A stretch of 61,502 nt of DNA, the filler included, from Sphacelaria rigidula (taxonomy: Eukaryota): the NCBI GenBank assembly GCA_964200075.2. It is 5 parts of 5 records of this genome, joined end to end, with 100 filler letters (N's around TTAATTAATTAA, not from the genome) between each part and the next. Parts side by side here need not be neighbours in the genome. Positions count along the whole stretch, not along the records: positions 1 to 12,221 come from CAXNAA020003990.1; positions 12,322 to 24,542 come from CAXNAA020003991.1; 3 more parts are not named here. One strand, 5' to 3'. A program made the translations under genes and the position numbers. Under the pieces are notes generated by a model. The model was given only the letters and a program-made list of their open reading frames with translations. It was not told the DNA's origin and searched no databases. Below, piece by piece: positions 1-12,569 of this stretch; positions within the stretch are counted from its first letter, which is position 1, and every line of letters begins with the position of its first letter.

Positions 1-369
1 GCAAAAACCCGGCGTGCTCCATTCCGACTTTGTAGGGGCTGACCCAGTATGGGTTGGCGTCGGTTGGCGATGACGCTGTGAAACACGCCACTCACTGCGT
101 ATGCTAGACAACCAAGTTACCGATTTTATTTGCACGCTCGCGTGTTTTTTGCGGTAATCATGATGGTGGTCGAGCTAGATCATATTGTGCGGAGTGGGGG
201 AACCTCCTCCGCGCAACGGGGATGACCGTTCTAATTAGTGTTTATATGGTGAGACACCCATGATGCAGTGTATATGCCGTGACTGTCTCTGGAAGTAGTG
301 ATACCGAAGAATGAAACAATTCATTTGAGGCTGTCATCCAAATGCAAGATAATCAGTACGCTTCGGGCC
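1..369. repeat. Host repeat into which Gypsy element 1 inserted (continues at 5127-5310)
   Basis: About 55-369 aligns with ~35440-35736. Positions 1-38 resemble 5221-5258. 5214-5310 is the reverse complement of ~35020-35113. Confidence 0.8.
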
Positions 370-627
370 TATAGCCTCTGTCAGACGATCTGGACAAGAG
401 GACTTTTCACGAGGGACTCCTCCAGTAGCAATGGCCTCGTGCTCGACAAGTCCTTGTTTATCACTTGTTATTATCACGGAGTGATCCTCAACAAACCACA
501 TCAAGAGCCATTCAGCAAGCGGCCACACAGATGAGGGTCATCAATTCGGGATCCCCTGTCCCCTGCGACTGCTCCAATCATTCATGCGATTATACTGAAA
601 CCTACGGCTTGGTATCATTTGGCTACA
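370..627 (-). repeat. 3' LTR of Gypsy element 1
   Basis: Aligns without gaps to 4865-5122, with roughly 28 mismatches counted by eye (~89% identity). The terminal TG has mutated to TA. Confidence 0.95.
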
Positions 628-706
628 GCACCCCCCAGAGCGAGTTTAGGACAAACGAACAAGTTTGACAACCAACAAAAACCAAGGCGAAATCGCATGC
701 GCCAGG

Positions 707-3400
707 TCACAAAGAAATACCATAATCCGACTCTAATTTACTGGTCAGCGCCCGAGTCAACCGCATTTTATGCAGTTCCTTCAAAACGAATGCAGGCGCA
801 GAAGAATGAATCTTACGAAGAGACTCCCACGTACGTTCTTCAGCACCGAACCCTTCCCAATCGACCAAAAACAATGGCATCACCATTGTCATCCTCAGCG
901 ACGTGCACCAAAGCATTCATCCGACATTCACCTTGAGCATACAAATGCTAAAATACATATTTCAGTTCCGCAGCGATGTGCAACTGCGAATCAGCATAGA
1001 AACGTGAGCAAGCGACATGGGCCCAGTGCACGGCGCCAGAAACAATGTTCTGCACCGAATACACGTGAGCGTGATCGATTCCGACCACTCGCCACGGACC
1101 TGTCCACGTGGACATCAACTTTGGCGTCACACCTTGCCTCCGAACACGGGCATACAACACGAAATCGCCAACTGCAAGCTTGGGCAACACAGCCTGGCCC
1201 TGAGCAAGCTTGCGGTTGGTTTCGTGAGACACCGTGACCGCAGCTTGCACTTCGTTACAAAACCGCACTTGCTCGTCAATCACCCCTCGAACCTTCTCAT
1301 ACAAAGAATCAGCATCCATGACATCGACGTTCCACTCGCCGCCAGTGGCATAAGCCAGCGAGGAAAACGCTGTACGCGGCGCACGCCCAAACATCACACG
1401 ATACGGAGTGTTACAGTAGTGTTCACGAAAAGAAGTATTCACTGAGCGGCTGGCAAACCATCAACCCATTCAGACACCGGCCGTCGCTATTTCGACATAA
1501 TAGACCGCAACGCACGAATAACCTCTTCCACCATGCGTTCACAAGCACCATTTGACCAAGGGGTATACGCAACAGTAAATTGGTGTTGCACCTTGGGCGC
1601 ATCGCTCAGTTGCGCGATCACTCGATTCTTGAAGTGCGTGGCGGTATCACTAACCCAAACACGCGGCACCCCCAAAGTCGTGCATCAATGGAGCAAGTGC
1701 CCAGCCGCAACCTCGACGGTGCAAGCCTCGGTCGGCTCCAACCCAACGAAAAAGGCCAAATCATCCATGATAACAAAACCGTACGGAAACCCATCATCGT
1801 CAGGCAAACCATCAGCACCCTCAGGTCCGCTACTTCCGACGTACAGAAAATCAAAGTGAACAACTTCACCTGGCGCATTGACATGCACAGTATCGCCATA
1901 CGGACGAGGTACAATCTCAATAGCACGATTGTCTACACAATACAATCACTGGCGAACGAACTCGCGAACGTGGGAATCCATGTGAGGCCACACACAGTAT
2001 TCTTTCAAACGAAACAGGGTCGGCGCCACACCACGGTGATCAGCCGACCGTAGGTGAGCGCACACCATCAAGCGAGTTTATAGAGTCTTATCATCCGACG
2101 GAATCCACAAAACATCACTACTGCCAACACGCACGCGAAACAAACTATCGTCAGCCAAAGGAGCTTGACCGAAAGTCGTAGGAAAAGAATGAACACCGTC
2201 GCCAAGAGTTTTGCGCTTCGCGATTCGAATGACATCTAACGAGGGTAGCGAATCATCGGCATCACACGGGCTGTACACGGCAACAAAAAGAATAGGCTCG
2301 GCAGGGATCTTCACCAAGCGAGACAACGAATCTCCCCCAAAAATGCGCTCTCCAGGAATGCGTTCACTGACATACCGATATTATTGTTGGGCTCCCAGCA
2401 ACTCCCGCATGTCTTCTTGGCTTGGCATCACCCCCGGAGACTGTTCCACTTGCGCGTTCACTACCTGATAGTCGCTGACCAAACGAAATGTGTTCCTCTT
2501 CGGCACCGCGATCGCCGGACTCGCCCACACAGCCTGAATTTTCCCAACCAACGAACCGAATGCCACCAAAACTGCGATGCACGAAGCAAGCCACCCGGTC
2601 TTCACCGGATCGTACTGTCTGGGCTTGGCCTTCACCGCATTTGCCTGGGGCTTAAGCTGCACCCTCATGGGCTCAACGCGCGCTGGCGGATCACCACGCA
2701 GCGCACGGCGAAATGTATTTGCGCGACGAGCCAAAATATCGCGCAGACAATGTACGCCAGGCCCTTCTGCTTGGCCTGCCGCATACTATCCTCAAGCGCA
2801 CATTCTCGTGCACCTCTCTCTTCTGGTGGGTCTGTGAACATATCCGGCCTCCGATCGACCAAGCGATCTACCGCTTCATCAGCAGGAGCCTCCTCTTCAC
2901 AGGCTCTCTGGAATGAGCGTATGGATACGATCACACGCCTTGCAGCAAGGCAACTGGGGTGTTTCACGCCGGTTTGCACCGGCACAGCACGCGGACGTAA
3001 CTTCTGCAACGCCAGCGGATAAAGATCGATCCCAAGCTCCTTCATTGTCGCCATCCCAAATACAACCACGTTGTCCCTACCGGACATGACAGCGAATGTA
3101 ATGGACTGCAACTGCACACCCCCGCACGGCGTACGCACGCTAACAGTAATTGACACCGTTTTGTGTGTAACCGTCACGGGAGCACCCATGGCGGTCTGTG
3201 CCGTTTGCGGTCCGTTTTCGAAAGAGATCTGAAGCTGAGCGCCGCCAAACTGCGAAGACATCTGTTCTAGCAACCGCACACTGATCGACGTGAGCGCGGA
3301 TCCAGAATCCAGAAGAACGCGGGCCATGAACGAACCTACAGAACCAGGCAGGGCTAAACCTGCGCGTAAGCATTCAGCCTTGCGATCGACAGGTACCACG
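707..3400 (-). pseudogene. pol: pol of Gypsy element 1: aspartic protease, RT N-terminus only, RNase H tail, integrase, chromodomain; many frameshifts and stops
   Basis: Protease VLLDSGSALTSIS. RT start WASPAIAVPK..FRLVSDY..VN. RNase H tail RIPGE..DSLSRL. Integrase HFDFL/VSDTATHF/NGACER and STWTGPWRV. Chromodomain FLVDWEGFGAEERTWESL. Confidence 0.9.
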
Positions 3401-3837
3401 CCTGCCGAAGAATCCTGTCCGGTCCCAAGAGTCACCTGACGCCAGGGCTGCCCTCCAGTACTTGGCATCGATAGCTGCAAATCGTCGGCCCAACCAGACC
3501 AAGTCGCCGAATATGCAGACGGCGCTGTTACAGTCATCGCAGCAGTAGAGAATGCACCAGACACGGGTCCTGCCTGGCCGAGGGGTTGCGAGCTATTCGC
3601 TCCAGCACTCCCCACCGAAGTACTTGCATTTCTAACGTACACTGCCCGCCCCACCACGGACGAATCATGAGATCCAGAGTCGCCACCTGATGACGTAGTG
3701 GAAGAAACAGCAGCGGAGGAACCACCATCCTCCGCCGATTGCTTGCTACCGCGACCGCCGCGCCCGCGTCCCTGATTGACACCGCCCCGTCCACCGTGAC
3801 GACCGCTCCGAGATCCTGATAAATCTTGTGCATTGCC

Positions 3838-4600
3838 CTATGCCGCGCCTTGAGCGTGAGGCTTGGGGCAGTCCTTGATCATATGTCCGGTGTCGTCGCA
3901 GTTGTAACACGCGCGAGTGGACGACTCTCGTGAAGACGGCTGCTGTTGCTGTTGCTGTTGGTGTTTGCGGCGCATACCACCTGCACTTGTTGCAGAGTCG
4001 CGCCGGCCATATGCTTCAATGAATTTCCACTGATTGAACGCCTCGAACAATTGTTTGAACACAACTATCGGGGTTGTTTCCAGTCGTCAACATACGTTAG
4101 CACACTTCTAACATAAACCTTGAGTTCCGGGGGCGAAATCCCGTCGACCAAAGCTATGGAAACCGACTCGGCCGGGCCAGGCAACCAACTCCTGTCCTCC
4201 GCCCGGTACATGACTTGCACCATCAAGTTCTCTGCCAAAAACCGTTCCATATCTAAATACATATCTGAACTGGCCATCATAGCACGATCCCTGATAGAAT
4301 TCCCCCCGTTTCTCATCATCGAAAGTACCCTACACAGGTCTGCTGCAGCCCGCGTAGCCTCATGCTTTCCACCGGTTGTAGTATACCCGGCATGCTGCTT
4401 TACAGCATCAAGCAATTCATCGGAGATCATAGCCCGACCGTCCTCGTACATGTCTTCGAAGCAGCGGTGAATGTAGACAGGAATGAGTTGCCCTATGCCT
4501 ACTCTCTCATGCCGTATATGCCTTGTCCATTAGCGAGACTCAGACGCTATATATCGTCGAGATATGCTGCATAAACAAAACCGTGATGCCTCCTCTGTCC
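3838..4600 (-). pseudogene. gag: gag of Gypsy element 1 (frameshifted), with CCHC zinc knuckle
   Basis: ORFs 4065-4451 and 3838-4062; motif CYNCDDTGHMIKDC (CX2CX4HX4C). Confidence 0.85.
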
Positions 4601-4864
4601 ATACTTCACCATACTTTGGTGGCTGTAGTGGCTCACCTAACACCAGCGCCGCTGCCGCCGCTTGATCCATCTCGTCTAAGCTTCAAACACTTCACGGAGA
4701 GACTCTTGCCTGACTTGTGCGTCCTCCAGGTCACGGAGCGTCCCCCTCTGCTGTGCGCTTCAAGTTGGTCTCCTCCTGTCTGCGGGCTAAACTTGCTCTA
4801 AGCTGCTTCCCACTTCTCCTCAGCCAAACTCCTCCAACAGAGTGTCGGAAGAACATCTAAATAT

Positions 4865-5122
4865 TGTAGCCTCTGCCAAACGATTTGGACAAGAGGACTA
4901 TTCACGAGAGACTCCTCCAGTAGCACTGGCCTCGTGCTCGACAAGTCCTTTCTTCTCACTTGTTATCATCACAGAGTGATCCTCAACAGACCACATCAAG
5001 AGCCAGACAGCAAGGGATCACACGAATGAGAGTCATCAATCCAGGATCCCCTGTCCACTGCGACTGCTCCAATCATGCATGCCATTATACTGAAACCTAG
5101 GGCTTGATATCATTTGGCTACA
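4865..5122 (-). repeat. 5' LTR of Gypsy element 1
   Basis: TGTAGCC...GGCTACA inverted termini; copy of 370-627. Confidence 0.95.
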
Positions 5123-6239
5123 GGCCGAAAACGTTTAGCAGAACGCAGCTCACCGTTCATGCGACTCGCCGAACGCACCACGGCCCTTCGCGCTCAGTGA
5201 TTGAGTGCGGGAATGGTCCGGCGAAAACCCGGCGTGCTCCGTCCCGGCTTTGCAGGGATGCGAGGCCAATGGTTACATGGCTATGGCATGCAAGATTATG
5301 AGTAACCCCCTGCCTCTCCCGCCCCCTTTATCCGTATTCAGGTACAAAACGATTATATCTCGCCGTCATCCCCCAATTGAGATCCCTATGGAACGTCTGC
5401 TGGTATTGTAGAGCAAGCGTGGCGGCTCCAACACTGATGGCCTTCAACGCACCAACCTCTTGCGTGCTTGCCACGGTCAAACTATGGTTCCTACGTGAGT
5501 AAAATAAATCCCGAGCTGGAGTTAAAATTCTTCAGCACAAAGCTACACCACATCAGCAGATGAACTACGAAGGTCGTTGTGTCAAAGAAGCAGAGGTTAG
5601 AGTAAGCGGCAGAGTCTGCAATAAAAGAGCGGCATCAGTAACAACACAGTTCCACAAACAAATGCTTTAGTGTTGGATACCGGAGTATACTCAATGCCTG
5701 AGAGGGCTCTTTTTATGAGGGGATCGACAGTCTTGACAACCGGCCGACCGCAATCGACATGTGTACACACCGTGGACAGTATATTGCATGCCAAAACATG
5801 TACTGCGTAAAGTATGAGTGTTTCCGTCTACTACAAGAGACAATACATCCCATACTGTACGCTGTGCATTGTTTTGGCGATGTAATCAATTTTCCAGGGT
5901 GTGCATGCGTCCCGCTTTCGTGACCGTACATTTCGTTCCGTCTCGTGCCATAAAACCAAAGTCATCGCCTTGAATGTAGAAATATGTCCAGGGAAAACAC
6001 ATTGCTTCTTCACCGAAGATGTGCTGTAGCGTTGTACCTTTCCATCTCTACTACTCGTACACGGACGGTTTCACTGTGCTTCATCCGGAGGACGAGGAGC
6101 AATGCGCGGGGATTGGAAACGCCGAACTGCTGTTTGCTATACAAGGGAACAGTTAGCCACTTTTCTGGGGCGTGTCCGTGTGTACAATCTGGTCTCCCTG
6201 AGTTACTGTTGTTTGTCGGCCACACCGTAAGTTTTGAAA

Positions 6240-9200
6240 ATGAGTCGGCCGAAGATTGGACCGGCTGAGGTCGTCACGCACACGCGCATCATGAACTACC
6301 ACATTTTTCAAGAGGGAGATTATAGGAAGGTGGTTATTTCCCATGCCGCCCTAGGGGCTTTCAAATATCTTTCACCGAACCCGATGTACCGCAGGTGAGT
6401 AGTCATACGTCTGTGTTGTCACATGTTTCGTTGTACAACCGCAGATCGATCAGCTCTACAGTTTCACAAGCATGAAAAGTTGATACCCGCAATGAACATT
6501 AATCTTAACTGACATACAGCGAACATGATTCTCAAGTAGTGGTTCACCTGCCCACCGGATCCCTCACCGATGGGAAGGACTCGAGCAACGGACAGCCTGT
6601 GTGCCGGCTGAGAAGACGGGGCAGGTCAATGCAGTTGGCGTCATATTGCATGTTTCCCTCCCGCATCAGATACTGCATCTCATATCTGATGCAGAGTACA
6701 AGGGTTGGGAATAGTGTGATATCGACAACATGGCGGTCTGTTCCTTCTGATTTGTCCGCGCCGTAGCAGTGGTTGTGTTTCGTCCCTCAAGGACTCATGG
6801 ATGAAATTTCCTGCCCAGATGGTGCGGGCGGTGATCATGACATGTCTAGATCGGCACTTGTTTGCTATAGCTCCCCAGAAAAAATAGCTGGTTCGGGGAG
6901 GCGAAATGTACACGTAAATCGAAATGAGAAAAGTCTAGCACAACTAGTAGCTGAGAATTTCCACGCTTGGGCTCGTTTTCGCCAATGTCGCCCATATGAG
7001 GCGCTTCGTGCAGCCTGTAACCAAACAGCAGGCGCTGTATGAGCGTTTTGGTTTAGGCAGGGACCTATCGTAAAAAGATTCGATCGAAATTTGCTCCCAA
7101 GGCCTTGTCATGCATGTCTTGTTTTGTTGTTGTACGGTTTCCTTGGCGAAGGCCATGCGGCTAGTGCCTGTCCTGTTCCGTTATCGGGCGGGGGGTTGGC
7201 TGTAGACCTCGGACTGGTGTTTTTCATTTTTACGGTTGAAAATGCACTACGTCCTCTTTTTCTCCCCCGTCTTCGCCCTTGCTAGAGTCTCCTTCAGCTT
7301 CATTTTCCATGTTTTCAGCATCGTGCACGTTTATCTGGTGACTACGGCTTGGGTTGAAGGGCATGACTTATTATTATGCAACAATCGACCAACCAGTCAC
7401 CCAACCAATCAATCCGCCTTATGATACATAACCAACCGATCAATCAAGAAATGATTCAGTCGAGGCATTTGAAGTGATCAAACGGCACCCGAAGGCCATA
7501 GAACGTAACGCAGATTACCTATTGTTTCACCTCCACTGCCCACAGCCAGACACCACCAGATGGAAGTACAGTCAATGGGGGAAGCAAAATACACTAGTGT
7601 GGGGCTGAGGGGCGAGGTGTCTACGGCTTGTGTGAAGAAGTCTGCAGTTTCCCGAGGAACATCGAAATCATGTGTTTTCCAGATAAACACAGGAATACGT
7701 TCGTTCGGGGATTCCAAAGAGTCATGGTACGACAGGGGGGGGGGGGGGCGTACTCATTTGTTGCTTGCCTTAGTCGTTTCACCTTTGACCACGCATCCCT
7801 TTCGAGACGGAGGGGGGGGGGATTTTGGATAATTTCTTCGACGAAATTCCACCGCACATCATCGTTGAGAGCAGCAGCGGGTGTTCGAGCGTGCTTGTTA
7901 CAGATGAATAACACTCATTCATACTGCTTGACACCGTTTTCACCCGAATACAAGCGCACCGCGAGTGTGTTTGGTCGTCTGACACACCTGTAAGGCCTTT
8001 GTGTCGTGGAATCACCCCCCCCCCCCCCCCCCCTCCGCATCGATCTCGAAAGGGATGCGTGGTCAATGGTCAAACGACTAAGGCAAGCAACAAATGAGTA
8101 TGCCCCCTCCCTCCCCTTCACATCGTAGTATGATTCCGACTTCAAATTATCCCCAATGCAAACCAGGCGGTACGCGATGCAAGGGGGACGGAAGCGCGTC
8201 TTCGGGGCAAGTCGTCCAGGGTGGAGGAGCTAACCGCAGAGGAGGAACGCCTCCTCGCCAAGTTTCTGAGAGAGCTCGCTATGAAGGTGTGGTGTCAGTC
8301 CTCATTACAGATCAGGCTGAGGCAGTAGCGGTGTGCAAACGCGTGTTCGCCTGACACCCGGAATGAAAGCTCCTCACGGGGTCAACAGCGTGTTTCATGT
8401 TTAGTTAAATGGAATACCTTGTGTCGAGCGCATAATGTTTAGAAGACCCCGCCTGTTTCGTTTTTCGTCACACTCTAGACCCCCTTCCCTTCTCATAAAC
8501 GACGCCCTGGCATTAAGGAATCAACACATATCTCCCCAGGCCCAGTAGACTCCTTGCAGTTTGGCGCCGCGGGTTGGATTGGATCATGACCAATACTGCC
8601 GCACCGCGCCGACTCTCTGCTAGCGCAATGTATGTCCCTACGTTTTCAACGACGGAAATCAAAACCTTCTTAGAATAACACCCAAGTTCATCTTCCGGGA
8701 ATCGTTTCCCGGCCCCTTCCGACCTTATAGGTGTCAGCTATACTATTTTTCATCACCAGGGTGGGTCACTACAAGATATGTTTTGTCGTCCAGTACATGA
8801 AATCAATTTCACGGGCAATCCATGCCTGTTTTGAAACCTCCTCGGGGATCGAAGGAGTATTGGAGTGTGATAGAGCTATGGGTCAATGCGATGTTGAGCT
8901 TCGGGTCGAGTTCGAATACTACGACAGAGTACACAAATGTAATCAATATCCGATTCACTGCGCGGAGCACACTACAAATTACCTCGATATGCCCATGATG
9001 AAGGTCGGGGGGGGGAAAGGGGGGCTCGATAATACAATGTAGGACAGGTACCGAGGTAGAGGTTGGCGGGTGGCTTGGGAGGAAGGAGTACGGGGGAGGT
9101 TTTGTATGATGGAACACAAACCTAAAATGTCCACCACACTTTATATTTGTCAAGAATTAATTCTCGCTGCGGGTAATTTGCAACTACCTTCTGTTTCCCT

Positions 9201-11389
9201 GGATTTTTAGTCCCTTCCATACTTATCCTGAGCATATCATGAATCTATCGTACAATATTTTTAAACGGGTAGCGTGACCTCCAGTTTCATCTCTCTAATG
9301 AAGCCTCTCCACGATATTTGAGCCCAAACCAATGAAGAAGAGACGAATGAAATCGATGTTTGACAGATTTGCAAGCGGTTCCACCGAGTGAGTCGTTTGT
9401 CTCACGCAAGACGTACCAGGCCCTAAGCTAGGCGTTTCACTATGTGCCTAAAGAGAATAAACCACCACAATCACCCTCATGCCACAAAATGCCTCCGACT
9501 GCATGTCTGAATGGTGCCAGGTGAACAAGGAAAGTCTGAGTCTATCCACCCTTTTTACGGACTACGACAAGCTCAACGTTGGCGTCATCACGGAAACTGG
9601 GATGGAAAGAGCATTGGGGGGCGCCTGCTTGCTTCCCCCCGAACATAGTTTCCGGGCTATCGTCAAGAAATTCAGGGAGCACTCTCGGCGTAGCTCGGGC
9701 GGAGAGGTGAACTACCGAGCCTTTCTTGCAGCGGTGAGTCGAGAAAACACCCGCCTAGTCGGCAAGGACGCCCGGTGAAAGTACTCCACATTCCTTGTGA
9801 ACCTCGTTTTGCTGACATGAAGCGTCTTCCGCGCTGAGCATGGAGTCTTCATGATAACTAAATTGGTGCTTCTGTGTTTCGCCTAATTACTATCACGTGA
9901 GAGGTGGCGCTTGTGAGGTGCTGGCCGACAGCATGAGACAACACCCATCCGTTCACAACCGCACATTGGTAACCCAACGAGATACCGATGATGAAAGACG
10001 CAGCAACCCAGGTGGATTCGCCATTCGTGCTTGCCCACATTATGTTTAGCGCGGCTTATAAATCTGTTGGAATATGTTTTGCTATCGTGGCTCGTGTATT
10101 ATAAATACACAGTGTCCAACTGTCGAGTTGACAGGAACAGTCGGTCTAAGTGATGAACCTAGCTCTAACAAGAGAGCTCGCAGAGGCTGCACAGTGTTGG
10201 TTAAACACTTGCTTGTGCGATGAGAGAAATATCCTTAAACTTGCCGCTTCATCTGGGCTTCACTCAAATCAATCACAATCAGTCTCTACTTTTGAAATAC
10301 TGATAACAAACTGATCTTCCTTGAGGTGGGTCGCTTTGGAGAGTGAATAGCGTGGGGCTATTCACTCTGTCGATAAAACTCTTGGTCATTATAAAACTCT
10401 TTATCCAGACTGTTGATACCTTAGACTGACTCTTGGTACTCAATCCTTCAATATTCTGACAATATGCTGACTCTCTGTATACGAGTTATACCGTACATGA
10501 GCCATTCATTATGTTCGACGAATGTCTCACTACTTCGGTTATTCCGACGATCTTTATTCTAACGATGAACCGTTACTGGCTTTCTCGCTAATCTCGAGTA
10601 TGTATACTCGGAACTGTTATTTCTCAAGTTCCAACACGCCCTTCGAAATGATACTTCGAATATATTTATGAAGAAAAAACCATAGTCATTGTTGTCCAAC
10701 GTGTATACTGTACTCAACTTGTACTTTACTGTACGTTACTGTACTTTATTGTACTCTACTGTGCCTCACTGTATTTTACTGTATTTTACTGCACTCTATT
10801 GTACCGTACTGTACTTCATTCATATGTTCCTTCATCACAAAACAATCGAACACCCGTATCTACTTCGTTGATGTCGAAGTTGCTCTCCTCTGTTCTTGGT
10901 CCTCACTCGATCGTTCCTACACTACGCCGTCATTGATGATGCTTATTCTCTACAATTTACTACTCTCTACGTTATACCTACAACATTAGTCCGTAGTATG
11001 TTTTTCTGCTGCTTTTTGGTGTTGACGTCTTCGCTGTTGTTCATGACGGTCGAATGCTTCTCGGATCTGTCCTTGGTCCGTGATTCCTTGTCGCTGGAAA
11101 TTGAAAATCATGCTGTTTGCAATACTTGGGGTGGTTTGGAGATGAAAACATTTTGCAATCGTGCCTCTTCTATTTCACGTATTCTAACGATGAACCGTCA
11201 CTGTTTTTGTGTACGGGCACCTGTGTCCGTCTCTGTCTGCTTGTCTCTCCTCAGGTGGAGCTCGCGCAGGACCCCCTCCGGACCCCGCGCGACATCCCGA
11301 ACGCAACCAAGTTTAGGGCTATGCGTGCTGAAGGAGCTCCGGATGCCTTGGCTTCCGCACCATCTCCACAGGAACATGGGTACACCTGA
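6240..11389 (+). CDS. Spliced gene encoding an EF-hand-like protein; middle exons uncertain
   Basis: Candidate exons: 6240-6394 (ATG..AG|GTGAGT), 6520-6624, 8167-8286 (..LLAKFLRELAMK), 9521-9733 (FTDYDKLNVGVITE..ALG..GEVNYRAFLAA, EF-hand pair-like) and 11255-11389 (stop). The last three are phase-0 compatible with GT/AG sites. One or more exons between 6625 and 8166 are unresolved. Confidence 0.65.
6855..7030 (-). mobile_element. Partial copy of the GACACTTTC-TIR MITE family
   Basis: Reverse complement aligns with the interior of 40715-40990 (CTCATATGGGCGACATTGGCGA..CCCAAGCGTGG..GCCTCCCCGAACCAG). Confidence 0.7.
7736..8110. mobile_element. MITE-like inverted pair of ~75-bp G-tract-bracketed modules
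   Basis: GGGGCGTACTCATTTGTTGCTTGCCTTAGTCG..GACCACGCATCCCTTTCGAGA at 7745-7808, with its reverse complement at ~8043-8106. Further copies at ~11905-11972 and ~12360-12433. Confidence 0.8.
10065..10636 (-). mobile_element. Probable LTR remnant (Copia-like termini) in an intron
   Basis: TGTTGGAA...TTCCAACA termini. Adjacent CGCCCTTC reads GAAGGGCG (PPT-like) on the minus strand. No partner LTR or TSD seen. Confidence 0.55.
10700..10815. repeat. Degenerate (ACTGT/ACTTT)n simple repeat
   Basis: Repeated tactgtactttactgt units. Confidence 0.8.
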
Positions 11390-12221
11390 TCGCCGAGCAG
11401 CGAAAAATTCGTTTGAAAAAAGTACCGAATCTCACGGGTAGAATAATGCTATAGACTCTCTGGTGGCCAATCGAATATTCCTTGTCAAGTGCTTGCAGAT
11501 ACCCTTGTCTCCGTATACGGTCTGCACCTCAGCACCGATCTGTCTGTCTGCACCTTGGTAGTAAATGGTACGCCCGGTGATGGGAAGCCCTCGTGTGTAA
11601 CTTGATAGAGCAACGGAGCCGACTCTGAGACGGTTGGATTATGATTGCAGCGCGTTTTATGGAACCTTAACGCCCGTGTGATAGAGGGTGGTCACTTCGA
11701 GCGTGTTGTGCGACATTCTTGGCGGTATTTCTGCCCGGTTTCTCTGCATCAAGTAATCAGCGCGTTTTATCAGCACATATATTTATTAGTCAGAGTCAAG
11801 AATTCGCCATTCGTTCGCAGCATTCAAGAAGCTCACGCGACTGGTGAAATGAGAAAATGATGTACAAAACTGTCTAGTTGAAAGTCATGCTACGATAACG
11901 ATGGGGGGTGGGTGGGGACTCATTTGCTACTTGCCTACGCCATCGGACCACTTACCACGCATCCCTTTCGAGATGCATCGTTCCTACTCTGCGTAGAAAC
12001 ACCTACAACATCTCGGAGCTCATTAAGTTCTTCCATATATTTACATAAACCCTTTCACATATCTTTCCAAATTCTTGTTTCGCCGTCTCTGACCATCAAT
12101 TTCCTACTATAGCGATCGTTGCCTCGCTGCTATATAATGTACCAAAATAGTTCATGTTACCTTCGTTTGCTTCCCATATTTGCCCCGCTAGGGAGGGGGG
12201 GGGGGGGGGGGGGTCTTTTTT

Positions 12222-12321
12222 NNNNNNNNNNNNNNNNNNNNNNNNNNNNNNNNNNNNNNNNNNNNTTAATTAATTAANNNNNNNNNNNNNNNNNNNNNNN
12301 NNNNNNNNNNNNNNNNNNNNN
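12222..12321. other. Artificial contig linker
   Basis: N44-TTAATTAATTAA-N44. Confidence 0.98.
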
Positions 12322-12569
12322 GGATTGCGTGGAGGAGGGGGTGGGAAGTGGGGTGGTTTGGGGGGGGGCGTACTCATTTGTTGCTTGCCTTAGTCGTGTG
12401 ACCATTGACCACACATCCCTTTCGAGACGGAGCACTCAGTCGGAGCTGGGGGGAAAAACATCGAGGTAGTATTGGCAGCATCAACAAGATATGGCGGCTT
12501 CTGTGTCTTCACCGTCTGGTAAACAGGCCTCGAAGAGTGCACATGAGGGGATGTCGTGCCTTCGCTGTT

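Larger units (their letters stand above)
370..5122 (-). mobile_element. Ty3/Gypsy LTR retrotransposon with C-terminal chromodomain; degenerate, with RT core and most of RNase H deleted
   Basis: 258-bp direct repeats at 370-627 (TATAGCC...GGCTACA) and 4865-5122 (TGTAGCC...GGCTACA). GGCC TSD at 366-369 and 5123-5126. Minus-strand PPT-like GGGGGG at 631-636. Domain order gag-PR-RT(start)-RH(end)-IN-chromo. Confidence 0.95.
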
